This document shows, in pieces, positions 49,260-61,989 of a DNA stretch of 64,000 nt. Under the pieces are notes generated by a model. That model saw only the letters and a program-made list of their open reading frames with translations, did not search any database and had not been told where the DNA came from. The stretch is from Raillietiella orientalis (Eukaryota), in contig JAYWIR010000009.1 of the NCBI GenBank assembly GCA_036172245.1, positions 2,170,001 to 2,234,000 on the forward strand, given 5' to 3'. How positions within the stretch are numbered: the stretch's first letter is position 1; each line of letters starts with the position of its first letter. Both the position numbers and the translations under genes were made by a program.

Positions 49260-49808
49260 AAATACACCCACATATATGTATATATGTATACATATACATA
49301 CATGAATATTTATATGCATATAGATATGTTTATATGTATAGGGAATATATATTTAATGGATACATGAATATCAGATGTTATTTTTATTTATGTAATTTGT
49401 TTGCATTTTTATTTTTTTCCACAGTTTTTATCATAATCATTTTTTGTTTTTCGAAATTCGATATTCATATATTCATCTTGTTACATACAAATATTTGTAT
49501 AAATATATATTTATAAGCACATATACTATTTTTTTATGATCTTTAATATATATGTCAACAAAATAATGAACGGCTTATTAACTGTATTAATAAAATATAT
49601 GTCTGAATCTTAATAAATGTATCTATTCCAATAATACTGTTGTTAATAATACGTATATTAAAAAATAGAAGCAACTAATTAATATACAAATTCATTTTAA
49701 TATGCATATTAAAATAAATCCGTATATTGATCTATGTAGAATAAACAATATGTTTACTTTTTACGATTTCCTGGGATTCGGATCGTTCGGGATTTTGAAC
49801 ATGACCCC
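48796..49808. mobile_element. AT-rich non-autonomous TIR element (MULE/MITE-like)
   Basis: Inverted CAAAATCCCGAAAGATC (48817-48833) versus GATCGTTCGGGATTTTG (49781-49797), 16/17 match, with reiterated AATCCC motifs at both ends bracketing an abruptly AT-rich interior. Confidence 0.55.
49202..49256. repeat. Compound (CA)n(TA)n microsatellite
   Basis: Read directly; degenerate TA repeats extend over ~49080-49340. Confidence 0.95.
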
Positions 49809-50479
49809 TTGTTTTCTGCTCCAGCTCTCCAGAGACTCTTCTTCTCAAATGGCAAAGATCACAAGGTGTACAAAGATGCAACAACATGATTACCCAAGAT
49901 TCTGATCCTCTGGGACGCGATTCTAGTGCCTTCCGCCTCCGTTCCCTTCCAGAGTATTTGACCAAAACACGGTTTCGCTGTTTTAGAGAGGAGGCCTAAA
50001 CGCTTCCAAAGGTGATTCAAGTTCCTTTTTTTTTTTTTTTTTTTTCTCGTGGTGTGTCCTTTGAAGGTACAACAAACCGTTCCCAGAGTTCCCATCACCT
50101 TAAATACCCGTACATCATTGGCACGACAACAGTTCTCTGTGCTGCCATCGGCAACAACCTTTCGTCATTAATATTATCCCGATAATTAGAGCGACAAATA
50201 AGATCTATTAGTTATGCTATTTGCTCCAGAAGCTTTTCTGGAGCAAAGGAGGAGACGGAAGTGGGAGATACATCATTAATCAAAGGCAGCATCTGGAATG
50301 ATGCATGCTCATGCAGGTGCATTTTAGCAAACCAAGAATAACCATTGTGTGTGTGTGTGTTTTTCCCAGATGGAACGAAGCCAAGTGAGAAATAACTTGC
50401 CGCATTCCTGTGATTGTCTAGCCCTATAATCTGCGGGTACCTATTGCTACTATGCCTGTGGATGCCGTCTATTTTTCAC

Positions 50480-51075
50480 GCTGGTTTTCCACGTGCTTGG
50501 ATTCCGCACCTGTTCCTTACTGAGCTCAATGATGTTCCCAAGCTGGTATCCCTGCGCTAGAGCAAGGGTGGAGTCCGCGGTACTCCCGACAACGAAACCA
50601 GCTCTTCGGAATTCCGGTTTCCATGCTCCTCGAGTGCCCGCGCTGCCAGCTGCCAGGGTCTCAGTCGCTCTTCGTCTGCCGCTCGCTCCAGATTCCCTCA
50701 TTTCCTCTCTTGCAACCGACTCCCAGCCACGTGTTCCGGCAAACGGACTCGGCTCCTGGCAAGGGGAGCGGCATACTCTGTCCACCCAGCTTTCTCTTGC
50801 CTGAGGACCCATGGCGATTTCGGGACGCGGGTCGGCAACTCCCTTCCCACTTTTCCCAAGCCCAGGGTTCCGTGCAGACTGAGGTCTCTCTTCGCCCAAG
50901 CACCACGCAAGACGGATGTGGTGAGGCGTCCTCTGGACTCAGGGAAAGCAGGGGAATGTGGCTCAGGATGGGGTGTACTCGCGATCCCAGAGGCACATGG
51001 AGATGTTTCAGAGATGAGGTGATGGCTCCAAGGAACCGAAAAAGGCAGGGAGATCTCTGTTTTGACGGAAGGTAA
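50480..51075 (-). mobile_element. Degenerate L1/Tx1 RT C-terminal fragment
   Basis: GEERPQSARNPGLGKSGKGVADPRPEIAMGPQARESW resembles 'W.g.rp.v....l..k..GGlgv.d.....a.q'. Confidence 0.4.
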
Positions 51076-51248
51076 AATCCCGCCGGTTCCCCTCAGGGCG
51101 TCGGAAGCCAAACCACCCGCGGGGCGAGGTGGTTTGGCTTCTGGCGGCTCGACTCTGTAGGTCTCTTTAGGGGTGGGCTGGGGGTGGCAGGTAACCGGCC
51201 GTGCTCAATGACCAACGACGCTTCTACCTCAGAACGACGCGTCCCCGA

Positions 51249-54200
51249 TTTTCTTTTCCTTTCCTTTTTTTTTTTAAGAGGTCAAAGCGCCTTGGTCCGC
51301 GTCCTTTGACCCTCCGTAAGCTCGCAGAACCTGCGTTCTTTCCTTTCAGTTCTGCAGGACCCCCTCTTCCCTAGGGAGGCGGGGGAGGGGTACGAAGCTC
51401 TTTCATATTGCCCACGCCACCCTTTGGTGCATGTCACTCTTTGAGTTAGGGACCACCCTATGAATCCAGGAAGGGCACTGGAGGCGTTCCTCTTACGCTT
51501 AGGAGGGGAACCCGAAGGGAACCACCTCTTTCTCATTCTCTTTCCTTTCTTTCCGAAGGGATCACCCCGAGTGGCCAACCCGGAGGAACCCGGAAGGGAT
51601 CCGCTCCTGCTCTCAGAGGCCGTGTGGTGACGGTGGTCTCCGCGCGTGACACTAAGCGTCGTGGGTTCGAATACTCCGAAGGAATCGAATTTCTCCTTCG
51701 AGTGGACCCCCCACGAGGGAACCGCTCGTATTTGCTCCTCTTTCTCTGAAGAGAACCTCAAAGGGATGCTTCCCGATTTCCCTTCAGGGTACTTCCCCAA
51801 AGGGGGAGCGGCGCGCTTCTTGCACCCTGGAGAGGCAACTCGCTGACTGGAGTATCAACTGGCTCCATGGTACGGTTCCTCCGGTATATCACAACCGGAG
51901 GGGAACCCTGAAGGACCCTTTGGTTCCTGGAAGTGCCCCAGAGGGTCGACTTCCAATCCCGGTCGGTCGACGAGGGCAGCCGGCTTCCACCAGTACCACA
52001 TTCGAAGCCAAACGAGACTAACCAGCGTCTTTTAGCGGCGGGGTCTGAAAACCCACGACGACGCAACATTACCCCCCTTTTCTGGATGTTCATTCTTTCC
52101 CCGGGCAGGATTTCAATCCACGACGCACGGAGGTCGCGGCCCCATGACCGCCAACGCTGGCCGTCACCAACTTCCGGATGCCTCCATGTTTCCGGGCTCG
52201 GCATTCTTCCGGTCGGATCGTCGCTGCGGGAGACGTCGGGTCCAGGGTCAGATGCTACCCCGCGCTTGTGGCGCTCTTTCGAGTTCATTCGGCGAGAAAG
52301 AGGCCAGTGAAAGCAGCTGGAAGGTGACGGTTCCCTGCGGTCGGTCCAGTCCCCTATTGGACTCCCACTTCTTTCCGATGAGATCCTGCGCGAGGGAGGA
52401 TGGGGGAGGAAAGCATGGTTTTCCTGGAGCTTCTCGCCTCTTTGAGAGCATTGCTGACGCATTCGGAGGTGCTCGGGAAGAAAGAAAGAAGGGTCAACCA
52501 CGCCTCTTCGTGTGGGTTGTGGACGTTCGGATAACCGTCGGAACCCTGTCGTCGGCTCCCTGGGGTGCTGGCATCTCCGAAATAGAAAGATGTGAGAGCT
52601 GGAGGTCCAATGGCCAGGGCTTGGTGAAGAATGCGCCATGCGGTCCGATCCATGCACTGGGACATCCTCCCGACAAAGAATAACCCTCAAGATCGACGAC
52701 CAAGGGCAGCTGGTCCAAACGGGTGCGGATGTGACAGAGGATTCTGTCGAGCAGCACCACAACTCCAACTGGGCAGCAAGATGGGCGGGGCTCGAAGACG
52801 CTGGATAATGCGGAAGTTGCAGCTCCTTTGTCCTGAGTGACGTGGATCCTTCCGTTCCATCTGCACTGGTTCTACCGTCGAGAGGCTGTTCAGCTAAACG
52901 GGATGGTCAAGGGAGGTCCCAGGAGGACAAGAACTACCTCCACAACATGCTCGTCCACCACACATGTGTCGTAAGCACCACATTCTTCATTGGTGCACGG
53001 ATGCATACGTGTTCTTCGTATGAAAACAAAAAAAAAGGTTCTTTCGGTTCCTTCATGGGTGCCATGGAGACGCGGATTTCTATCACCAACGTCACATTCA
53101 CCTCCGATCCGGATGGCTTGATTTTCCCTGAAGGGGTTTCCTGCCCGAAAACACGGCGCAACCTGGCTTGAGATGACTCGGCGACTATCCACTCTGCCAC
53201 ATTCTCCTTCCTGGTCTACACTGCCGCCGGCCGCTGTCGAGCACCATTTGACCTGCAATTCGCAGCAGGAGTCCGCGCTGTACGAATGCTGCTGACCACC
53301 GTCAGCGGGTTCGTCACGATGCTCGCGATGGGGGGAGCCCAGCACCGCACAATTACCCGCCTGGACCTGACCCGCGGTCTGGGAAGCGGTCCGACAGACC
53401 TGAAGGACGCCTCAGGGACCGAGATCCTGAGTGGACTTCTCCACGGGGACGAAGTGATATCGCTGGTGCGGAACACCTTCGCCGCAAGCATCCCCGTGCG
53501 AAAGAGGAAGGAAGCTCCTCCAAGGGGAAAATGTGCAGGCGGAGGAGATGTTGGTGACACCGGTGGAAGCGGAGGTCGGCACCGCAGAAGTGCACCTGCG
53601 TGCAGTGCTGCGGCGCGCCCTGCGGGAACTGCAGAGTGACCGCCGAGTGAGAAGCGGCACCGATTCCCCCATCCCACCCTCCCCGAAGTTGACGATCGAA
53701 GTTTTGCCACCCGGTCACGCAGGGAGTTTCTTTCATTTAAAAAATCAACCAGTTTGGTAGATGTAGTTCCCAAGCCAGGACAAAGGAGGTTCAAGTGGAG
53801 GGTCCACCGCCAACACGCAAGCCGGGATAACGGAAAGTTGGGAATGAGAGAGGGGATCGGGGGACAACAAAAAATCTTCGATTCGTTCCGTGTGCATCGG
53901 GATCAAAACAGGAAAAAACACCGGGGAAGTCACGGAGCGAACGGGGACGGGGAATGAGGAAAAAAAAATGAAGGGAGGCTAAAGACATCACGGACCTCTG
54001 TCGAGCTTTTGCTGAAGCTGTAGCCTTGGGAGACGAGTTCGCCCCATCTCTTGTCGGATTGGGGAAAGCTGGGGTCGGTCAGGGGATCGATGTTCGACGA
54101 TGCCCGTTTAGAGCACATGGAGGTTCGCCTCGGGTTATCTGCCACGCTCCTTCGGATGGAAGCGCGATGAAGAACCTCTGCATTCCTTTGCAGGTTCCGT

Positions 54201-55481
54201 CGAAAACTGCCAGGGGGCAGTCGGGAAGAAACGGACCAGGAAGGGAACTTCCCACGAAGAACAAGGTCCGAAAAAATGAAGAAGATGGATCTATGATGAT
54301 TCCCGCACAAACGCGCTCCAGTCATCTATAGAATTTTTTTTTTCTTAAAGGAAAAATCCCGAAGCACCAGGTAAGACCGACAAGGAGGCGAGGCGTCCAG
54401 AGTGACGCCGCTTGGAGAGCAGACTTTTCACCGATTCCTGCTGGAAAGTTCCGCTCCTCCCGTGAGCAAAAAACGGTCAGCGTCACTTCGTGACACCGAG
54501 ATGCTCATTTGTCAAGGGGCACAACAAACAAGCGAAGTTCTGCAAGGCTTTTCCAGTTCCGAAAGGGACGCTGCATCGCCACGAGTCCTAGAGCAGCAGT
54601 CACGACCTTCTCCATTCAGAGGGCATTTGCTCCGGCGGATGTCTGCACTGACCATGAAGCACGTCTGGACTCCCTGCTGACGAGCTAATGGCGGTGCCTG
54701 GCTGCAGGAAACGGTTCCCACGTGAGAGGAGAATAGCAAGCGCGGATTCACGGCAGCGACTCCTTCTGCAACGGAAGCTCTCTCCAGGGATCGTCGCGCA
54801 TCCCACCCAGTGCTCATGGGTAGAAAGAACCTCCCTGGAAGCGGCGCTGCCCTTCTTGAGGGAGCACATGGGCAGCTTCAGGTTGAGGGCGCTAGGTGAT
54901 CGGACCATGGGCCAGCTGGTAGATGCTGCAACTACAAGTGCCCCACCTAAAGGACTTTGGCGCTGGAGTAAGCAGCTGGCAATTCTTCGGGAAGACTTCA
55001 TGTGGCCCCGAGTATTCTTGGACAGTCGCGCCCTCCCTCTCAAGTTCGTAGGAATCGGCGCTTCTGCTGGTACACCCCCCATGCAGTGTCTTCTGACATC
55101 ACTGGATCCGGGTGGGGGAGGACCCAAACTGCGACAGATAAGGGGAATGCGAATCCCTTGCGCACCTGCTCGTGGGACACTCTGTCCTGCGACCGGGACC
55201 GTTTTGGGGCCACCACCCTTTGGATCCCACGTGCCACTCTCAAAGAGGCACAGGAACCCCTCCCTGTTCCTGCGCGACGCATTGCCTCCAACCGCGTCCC
55301 TGCCAGCTCTTTGCCCTACGCGAGGTTGTGGCGGCCTGGAGCGACGGCTGAAGAGAAGCATTCCTTCCCCCTTGCTGTCGAGTCCGTCCTTGACGGTCTC
55401 CTCAAGTTCTTTGTAGTCTGGAGGTCGTAGGGCTACTGGCCCTAGCACCTTTGCATTGTTTATGTTTCTCGTATAGGACAT
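51249..55481 (-). mobile_element. Long degenerate L1/Tx1 LINE: ORF2 remnants plus 3' tail and A-rich end
   Basis: Correct order on the minus strand: TRNINN (APE start), PWSDHLA (~54890-54910), LSWLG, SLGG, AWRILHQALAIG (zf-RVT, ~52605-52643), the shared tail 52050-51300, and an A-rich end 51275-51249. Confidence 0.65.
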
Positions 55482-56738
55482 TCAGGTTTCGCCGCGAAGT
55501 CCACTGCCGACCTCTCGCAGCTTCCAAGATCTAGCAAAGTATTTCGGCTGGCCATCGAAACAAGAAATTCCTTCTGCTTTTCGTGCCCTTCGGGAAGGTC
55601 GGTTCCGAATTCTTTGAGAAGAGCAAACGAGTCTGAAGCGCCACCACCAGACGACTTCGTTGCCGACCTTCACGTTCTCCACACGTCGAAGCCGTCTTTC
55701 CGTCCTCGCTCAGGAAGAGACATCTCTCTGCCCATTTCGGAGAAATCCCCGAAAGACAATCCGTACTTGACCTCATTTAAGCGGACCAAGTTTCCAGCGC
55801 GGGTTCGATGCTCCGCTTTAATTTTCCCTTCTTATCTCACGTTTAATTTTTTTTATACTATTGATTTCAAAAATCAGCAAAATTTTGAAGAGGAATTCAG
55901 ATTTCAAGCAATTTAAATCCGACTTGGAAGCAGAAAACGTTCAGCAGTCATGGTTGCTTTATCAGTGAATCTTCCCACATAGGAAGAGGTGGCTGTAACC
56001 AGAAAGACGAACCTCGGCGAAGACAGACGCATCTTCGCGGTCTTCAAGAGTCGTTCGTTTCTAGAAGCGTGCTGGAAACCATCAAACGCATTCCATCAAG
56101 ACCACGCCAAGCTTCCTCTGTCCTTTGTGCGATCCAGGATCAATCGCGCGTTTCCGAGAAGGAGCTGGGCGCTTATTTCTGATCCCGTGACCTACGGTTA
56201 CCTCCGAGTAGAATTCTTTTATTTTCCCTGGTCTGACGATTGGCGGGGGTCTCACGAAATGGAAACCTTTTGGCACGGTAAAGTCGAGTCACTCGAAAAC
56301 TTCCTCGCTGGTCGTTCTTTTCACGTTGCAATGTGTGCTGTTGGGGTTTCCCTGAAACCGGTCATTTCCCTGCAGACAAAATGTCTTCCTTAGCTCCGAA
56401 TCCTTGCTTCCGCCTTCAGCAAGCCTCTGAGCATTCCACTTCCCTTCCACTTTCCGTTTTGGATCTTCCTGTTTAGATACTGGTGGTGAAGACAGGGGAA
56501 TTCTTCGGAATGTCTGCATGGCAGGCAATTCCCTTTTAGAGGAATTCTCGCAACCTCTTTGCTGTTTTCTCGAGCTTTGATCTTCAAGACTGATTGCACA
56601 CCTCTCTCGTGTCAGTGCTATTTAAGAACTGCTTTTTCTTTTTTTTTTTTTTGCCTTTTGGAATGTTGGCAATGGCATTCCGTTTATAAGAGGTTAGTTG
56701 TCAGCCCGGAGTTCTATGCTGTGAACCGAAACGGAGTA

Positions 56739-57526
56739 CAGTGGACTCCCATATAACGCGTTATAGGAAACCGCGTTATACGAGGCATGCGTTGTCAGAT
56801 GGATTCATGCAGGTTCTCTGAGATCCTGGAAATTTCAATCAATGTGTTAAAGTCATTTCTCTGCTCAACGCGACGTTGACTCTTCAACCACTAGACTAAG
56901 GGACTATAAAGACATTTGTCTTTATAATCTTCGAACGTCGCACATTTGAAATGATTTTGCAAGAAAATTGATTGTAGCTGGAATGCAAAAGTTCCGCAAA
57001 TATGGAAAGAATTTTCAATACCAAACTGCATGGAAATAATCAACTCGTCTCTGAAAGGAATCGAAACCTTCGACCCTGAAGACCTGTTGGAAAGAGTTAT
57101 GGCCACATCTCGTTGTTACGGCAAATTCTTCAACTTCATCGGAAACAGATGCGAGTCGCGTAGCAACTGCTTCCTCGAGGTATCGGTGGAGAGCGATTCG
57201 ACATGGATGGGACGGATATCCACTGAACTAATGAATCACAACCAAGATATTGATGAAACCGAATTAGTAGAGAATTAGCACGCTGTTCTGACTCTTGAGC
57301 AGCGAGGAGGAAAGCTCGTTCCAGCTTGTTAATGAGCCACAGCAACGTTTGAGTCCGGAGGCTATACATAGCCGGTTGGAAATGGCCGAAACGCTAGAAA
57401 CATATTTTGTGGAGGACGGATCCGTCAAGAGAGCGCGCCCTATCGGGTTGAAAAGGAAAATCGGATGATTGTCTATCACCACATTTGGAAGGCAGTGAGG
57501 AATTCGCGTTATACGGGAGTCCACTG
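56739..57526 (+). mobile_element. pogo/Tigger DNA transposon, internally deleted
   Basis: 22-bp TIRs CAGTGGACTCCCATATAACGCG (56739-56760) and the reverse of 57505-57526 (21/22 match), with TA on the left and CA on the right. Internal VKVISLLNATLTLQPLD*GTIKTF and KPSTLKTCWKELWP are DDE_1 transposase motifs. Confidence 0.88.
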
Positions 57527-57899
57527 CACTTTCATTGTGAGGTGGTCAGCGGGTGGCTTTCCAAACTTTGTGGCAAGTCTTTTTTGCTACTGCTCGAGCT
57601 CGACACGGAGCGGCTGCTTGACGCACTCGGGCGGAGCGGAAAAAAATCGTCCTCCTGACCATGTTTTTCGGTTTCCTGGAAAACCGGCAATGGGAGGTGG
57701 AAAGAGAAGGTTCGTTTTCCAAAGGATGTTCACCTATCCCCCCCCCCCCCCCCCCATTATCCACTCCCTTTCTTTCTCCGCGGAGTTTGCGCACTTTCTC
57801 CTAAAATCTCTTTCGAAGCTCAAGAAGAGTCGATCGAAATTCAGGGGAGAGGGGAGGAAAGGAGGCACGGGGGTCACCGCATCGTAGCTGCACACACGT

Positions 57900-58025
57900 T
57901 CTTCGCTTGCCAAAAGCAAACACGTGGACGTGCAGGACGGAGGCTCTTTGAAAAAGCTGTGGGCAGAAGAACTGATGCCCGTGAACCAAACACCAGAAGA
58001 ATCGATGACTTCTGATTGGCTCATG
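57900..58025 (+). mobile_element. Possible Ty1/copia RNase H C-terminal fragment
   Basis: KSKHVDVQ...VNQTPEESMTSDWL resembles the copia motif r.KHIDV.......v.yvpt.em.AD.L. Confidence 0.4.
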
Positions 58026-58861
58026 CTTCTCGGATGCAGAAGATCGTCCTGAGCTCATTTCCAGAAACGCGCGATTGATTCCAGAGTCCTGCCGTACTCT
58101 CGTGTTTACACGGGATTCGTGCACGCTAATCCACCTACTTTAGCTCCAGGGAGGAGAAGGCAGTGATCAAACACCGAAAGCATTTCTCGAGATTTCCATT
58201 CAGCAAGCACAAATATTATTGCCCGACGCGTTTACACACAGCGAGGAGCATCCCAAAGAGGATTTTCTCCTTCGGACATTTGTGCAGGTGTTCCGGAAAT
58301 AAGTTTTGAGACGCAGCTTTGCCACCGCTTTCTCGATGCGGCGGGCACGGAAGCGACCCTGGAAACGAAATTTCCGAACTCTGGCAGCAAATCACCACTC
58401 CTGCTGATCGGTCATCCCACGCGGCTGCAGATTATCGGCGTGCAGCGACGGCTTCAGGAAAGACCACGTACTGGTCCAGGTTCAGACAGCTTCCGGAGGT
58501 AGAGCGAAGTTGACCTACTCCAGCTGGGGATCCGTGATGCTGCACTGCTGTGCGCCGTCTCGAGTTCGCAAAGAACGATCCCGTTTCCTGATCCCGAAAA
58601 ATCCTGTATCTCCTGCGGAATTTAAGTAGAACGCATCCGACAATTCATTTTCACGAAGAGGACCACTTTGGGACAGAAAAAGACTTGCGAAGCAAGTCTT
58701 TTCCCATAGTTTGCTTCCTAAGTGCTCAAGAGCGCTGAAACCCTAAGTGCCTCAGAGCCGGTCGCGTGCCTCGCGGCGCACGTGGCTCTTTAAACGTTGT
58801 TTTGTTTCCACGCCTCTCCCCAGCGACAACCCCGCAGGGGAACGCGTATGATTCTTCAGTG

Positions 58862-59234
58862 TAATTCTTCAGGATAGGGGGCATCCCCGGATGGGGGTTC
58901 GTCCTATGAATCCAGGAAGGGCTCGGAGTCCGTTCCTCTCACTCTTGGAGAGGACTTCCCCCGGTGAGGGGGTCCGCTCTCCGTTGCACGACCGGAGGGG
59001 GAACTCCCCACTCTTTTATTCCTGGAAGGACCCGAAGGTCGACTCCCATTGCTCCGGCCTTCATCGGGGGCCTCCCGGCTTAATTCACCACTGGTGCCAC
59101 ACCCGAATGTCTCTGCCAACCAGCAGCATTGCAGGAGAAACTCGGAACTCGACGACGCAGTGGCGTCAGTTTCTGCTGGAGTATTCGAACCCGCGACACG
59201 CGGAAGCCTTAACCACAAAGCCTCCGACGCGGGT
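58862..59234 (-). mobile_element. tRNA-headed SINE copy with internal deletion
   Basis: Sense head GTCGGAGGCTTTGTGGTTAAGGC...GGGTTCGAATACTCC; tail blocks GGGAGTCGACCTTCGGGTCCTTCCAGGAA and CCTTCCTGGATTCATAGG (58903-58920). Confidence 0.75.
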
Positions 59235-61225
59235 CACATTTTCCCAAACATTTTTCCACTCACTAACCTGCTCTCTGGAGGAGGACCTGGCTATATGGAG
59301 GAGAAGGAGCTGTTGCCGGCCTGAGGCGAGACAAACTGGAGTGGACCCATCCCTCAGTCGAGGCTGAGATGTAGGATGGCTGCTAACAGCAAGTGGGAAG
59401 AAGTTTCGCGACATAAGATTCCGGGAGCTTTCCTGAGCCTCCTCGAAAGCAAGCATCGAACATGCCCAAGAGGAGGACAAAAACCGAACACAGTAAGCAT
59501 CCCCCAGAGAGGTCACGGGGATCAAGGCGATCTACCGAGGTCTCCGGAGGCGGCCATGTACAAAGCCTTCCAGTTCCTCAAAAACTAACCTGCTCTCCGT
59601 GCTATCACCTGACCCTGGATCCAGAAATCACCCCAGTGGTCTCACTGAAACGAATGAGACGCTCGTACTTGGCAAAATCTCTCAGTTCAAATAAATCACC
59701 GTTGCTCATGCTTCGAAGTCTTTTCTACCTTCATTCTACGTGCCAACTTTTGAGCTATCCGTGGTCCAGGTGAAAGTCTTGAATTATCGTTTAACTCAAG
59801 CGAGCTTTCATGCTTTGGTGTGATTGACCCAGGGTGTCTCAAAGACCAGTGGTACAACTTGCGAAAGTGTATTCAGCCTCACCAACTGTGTGGTGAGGTA
59901 CAACGTTCCTCGAGCACTTTCCCTATCAATCTTAGACTCTTTGCTCTGCAGTTTCTTTTCAAGGTGGTTAAAGTGAGGTTGGAGTTTCAGAGCTGTGACG
60001 TCCCCCCGTCTTTAACGGCCGTCGTTCCTGCAAGTGGCTTGTAGCTTGGCGCTTTACCTACTCGATGCAATTCTGTCCCTTTCCTCACGGGCAAAGCGGT
60101 TTCATCATCGCAGAAGCAGCGTCGTCAATTTCTGCAGCCCGTGGCCGTCAAAGATGCTGTAAGCCTGATGTTCAAATGTCAGTTTTATCTGCCCGTGTTC
60201 TGGAGTCTTTCCAGGGAGAAGCTTTGGTCCACGGGACCATCTTTCCATCCATTCATCTAATGTAGACTATAAAAATCCAACAGCATTCTTTGCTTCGTAT
60301 TTGGATTCACTATCCATTCAGCAATACGTGGATCACCATTATAATGTATCTATCTAGCACTCGAGATCCTTAAGAGTGCCCAAGATTACCATCTTTCAAG
60401 TGAATTTCATATAGAGATGAAGGAGAAACCCAGGTGGAAAGATTACACCCGCCTGGGATTTTGTAGCATCGAAGAACCCTGGGAATTTTCGGAGCCGCAA
60501 CACATTTTCCTCCTTCACTTGTTTGGTCCCAAAGAAGGCTAAACTGTTCATCTACGAGAGATCCAACTCGGGTCCTTTCCGCTGCCAAACTCACTTACTG
60601 TTACCCGAAGATGCTCAAGATGGCGCTGCTTAGGGAGAGCGTAGTTTTTGAATAATTAGGAAGCGTTCCTTTCACGCTTCTGTGAGATCAAAGACATGGG
60701 AACCTAGATCCGCAGAAAATGGATGATAGAATTACTGGTGACGGGAGGTACTCGCAGCTATTGGAAGGAGTTCCTCATATTGACTTTGGAACCAAATTCT
60801 AGGAAGTCTCATTCGTTGCCAAGAGAAAAGCCATCAGATGATGCTCTGATGACTGTCACTTCTGGGAGCACCATCCGAACACAGAACCTTACAGCACTTT
60901 TGAAAGATGCAAGCGCATTCAATGAAGGCTTCTTTTTTTTTTTTTGCGGTGCCACTTTCCACAATCCGAAATCCATTGCTTGAAACCAATGCTCTTTTCC
61001 TTTGCCATTGACTAAACCTCGACAAATACTGGAGCACCTAGTGAAGCAAAAATTTTCGTGGTTTGTAGATTCTACCGACGAGCGACATCCAGTGAGTTTT
61101 GGCAGCCACCATGGTGTACCAACATCAGGATGTTTGAATGAAAGAACAACTACTGGCCTTGGTGTTTGCACAGATCCCTGGTGGGGACTCGAAGAGATGA
61201 CGCCACAGGATTTCTAAACTTCCAA

Positions 61226-61700
61226 GGTAACCTGATCTAACCAAACCTAGCTTATCTGACCTAATCTGCCAAACTCGACCTCATCCACCCTAACCAAACC
61301 TGACCTTTCCTGACTTACACTGACCTACCGTAACTTACCCTTCTCTACCTTACGTACCCTATATACCTTATATAACCAAACCTAAACTACTCTAACCTAC
61401 CCTACCTACTCTACTTCACCTAACCTAATCTAGCTAACCTCCTTTGCCCTATCTAACAAAACCTAACCTGACCTACTCTACCCTATCCTACCTTATCTAA
61501 CCTAACCTAACCTAATCAAACTTATCCTTACCTAGACTGACCTACCTTAACCTACTCTACCCTAGCTTACGTACCCTACCCTACCTTATATAACCTATCC
61601 TACCTTACCCTATCTGACCTAACCTTACCTACCTTAACTCTACCTAGCTTACCTAACCTACCACACTTTACCTAACCTAAACTCACCTACTCTACCCTGA
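61226..61700. repeat. Degenerate (CCTAA)n pentamer array, telomere-like
   Basis: About 470 bp of CCTAA/CCTAC/CCTGA/CCTTA variants, almost G-free on the plus strand; a perfect run lies at ~61498-61515. Confidence 0.9.
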
Positions 61701-61989
61701 AGCGTCTGTGTTTGAGTTGGTAATCTAGAGTAAACCAGGCTGAGACGACGAATACAGCTCGTGTCAAAAAAAAAAAAAAAGACCGAAAGCTTTGAAGACA
61801 GCAATTCGAAGGATTGAATGTGCATTAGCGGTCTCAAGCATCCACAGATCCACCTCACAACTCAGGGGTTTCCGTTTTTTCGTGTTTCGTATTACGCAGG
61901 TCACTTCCTACCTCGCTGGCCGTTGGCTGTCTATTGTTCCCCTTGAGGAGGGCAGCATTGAGGCGAGGGGGGTGAACGAGGTACACAGC

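Noticed and set aside
59600..60250. Possible BEL/Pao gag remnant (also an integrase-end-like peptide at ~48400-48500)
   Set aside because: Similarity too vague to support by eye.
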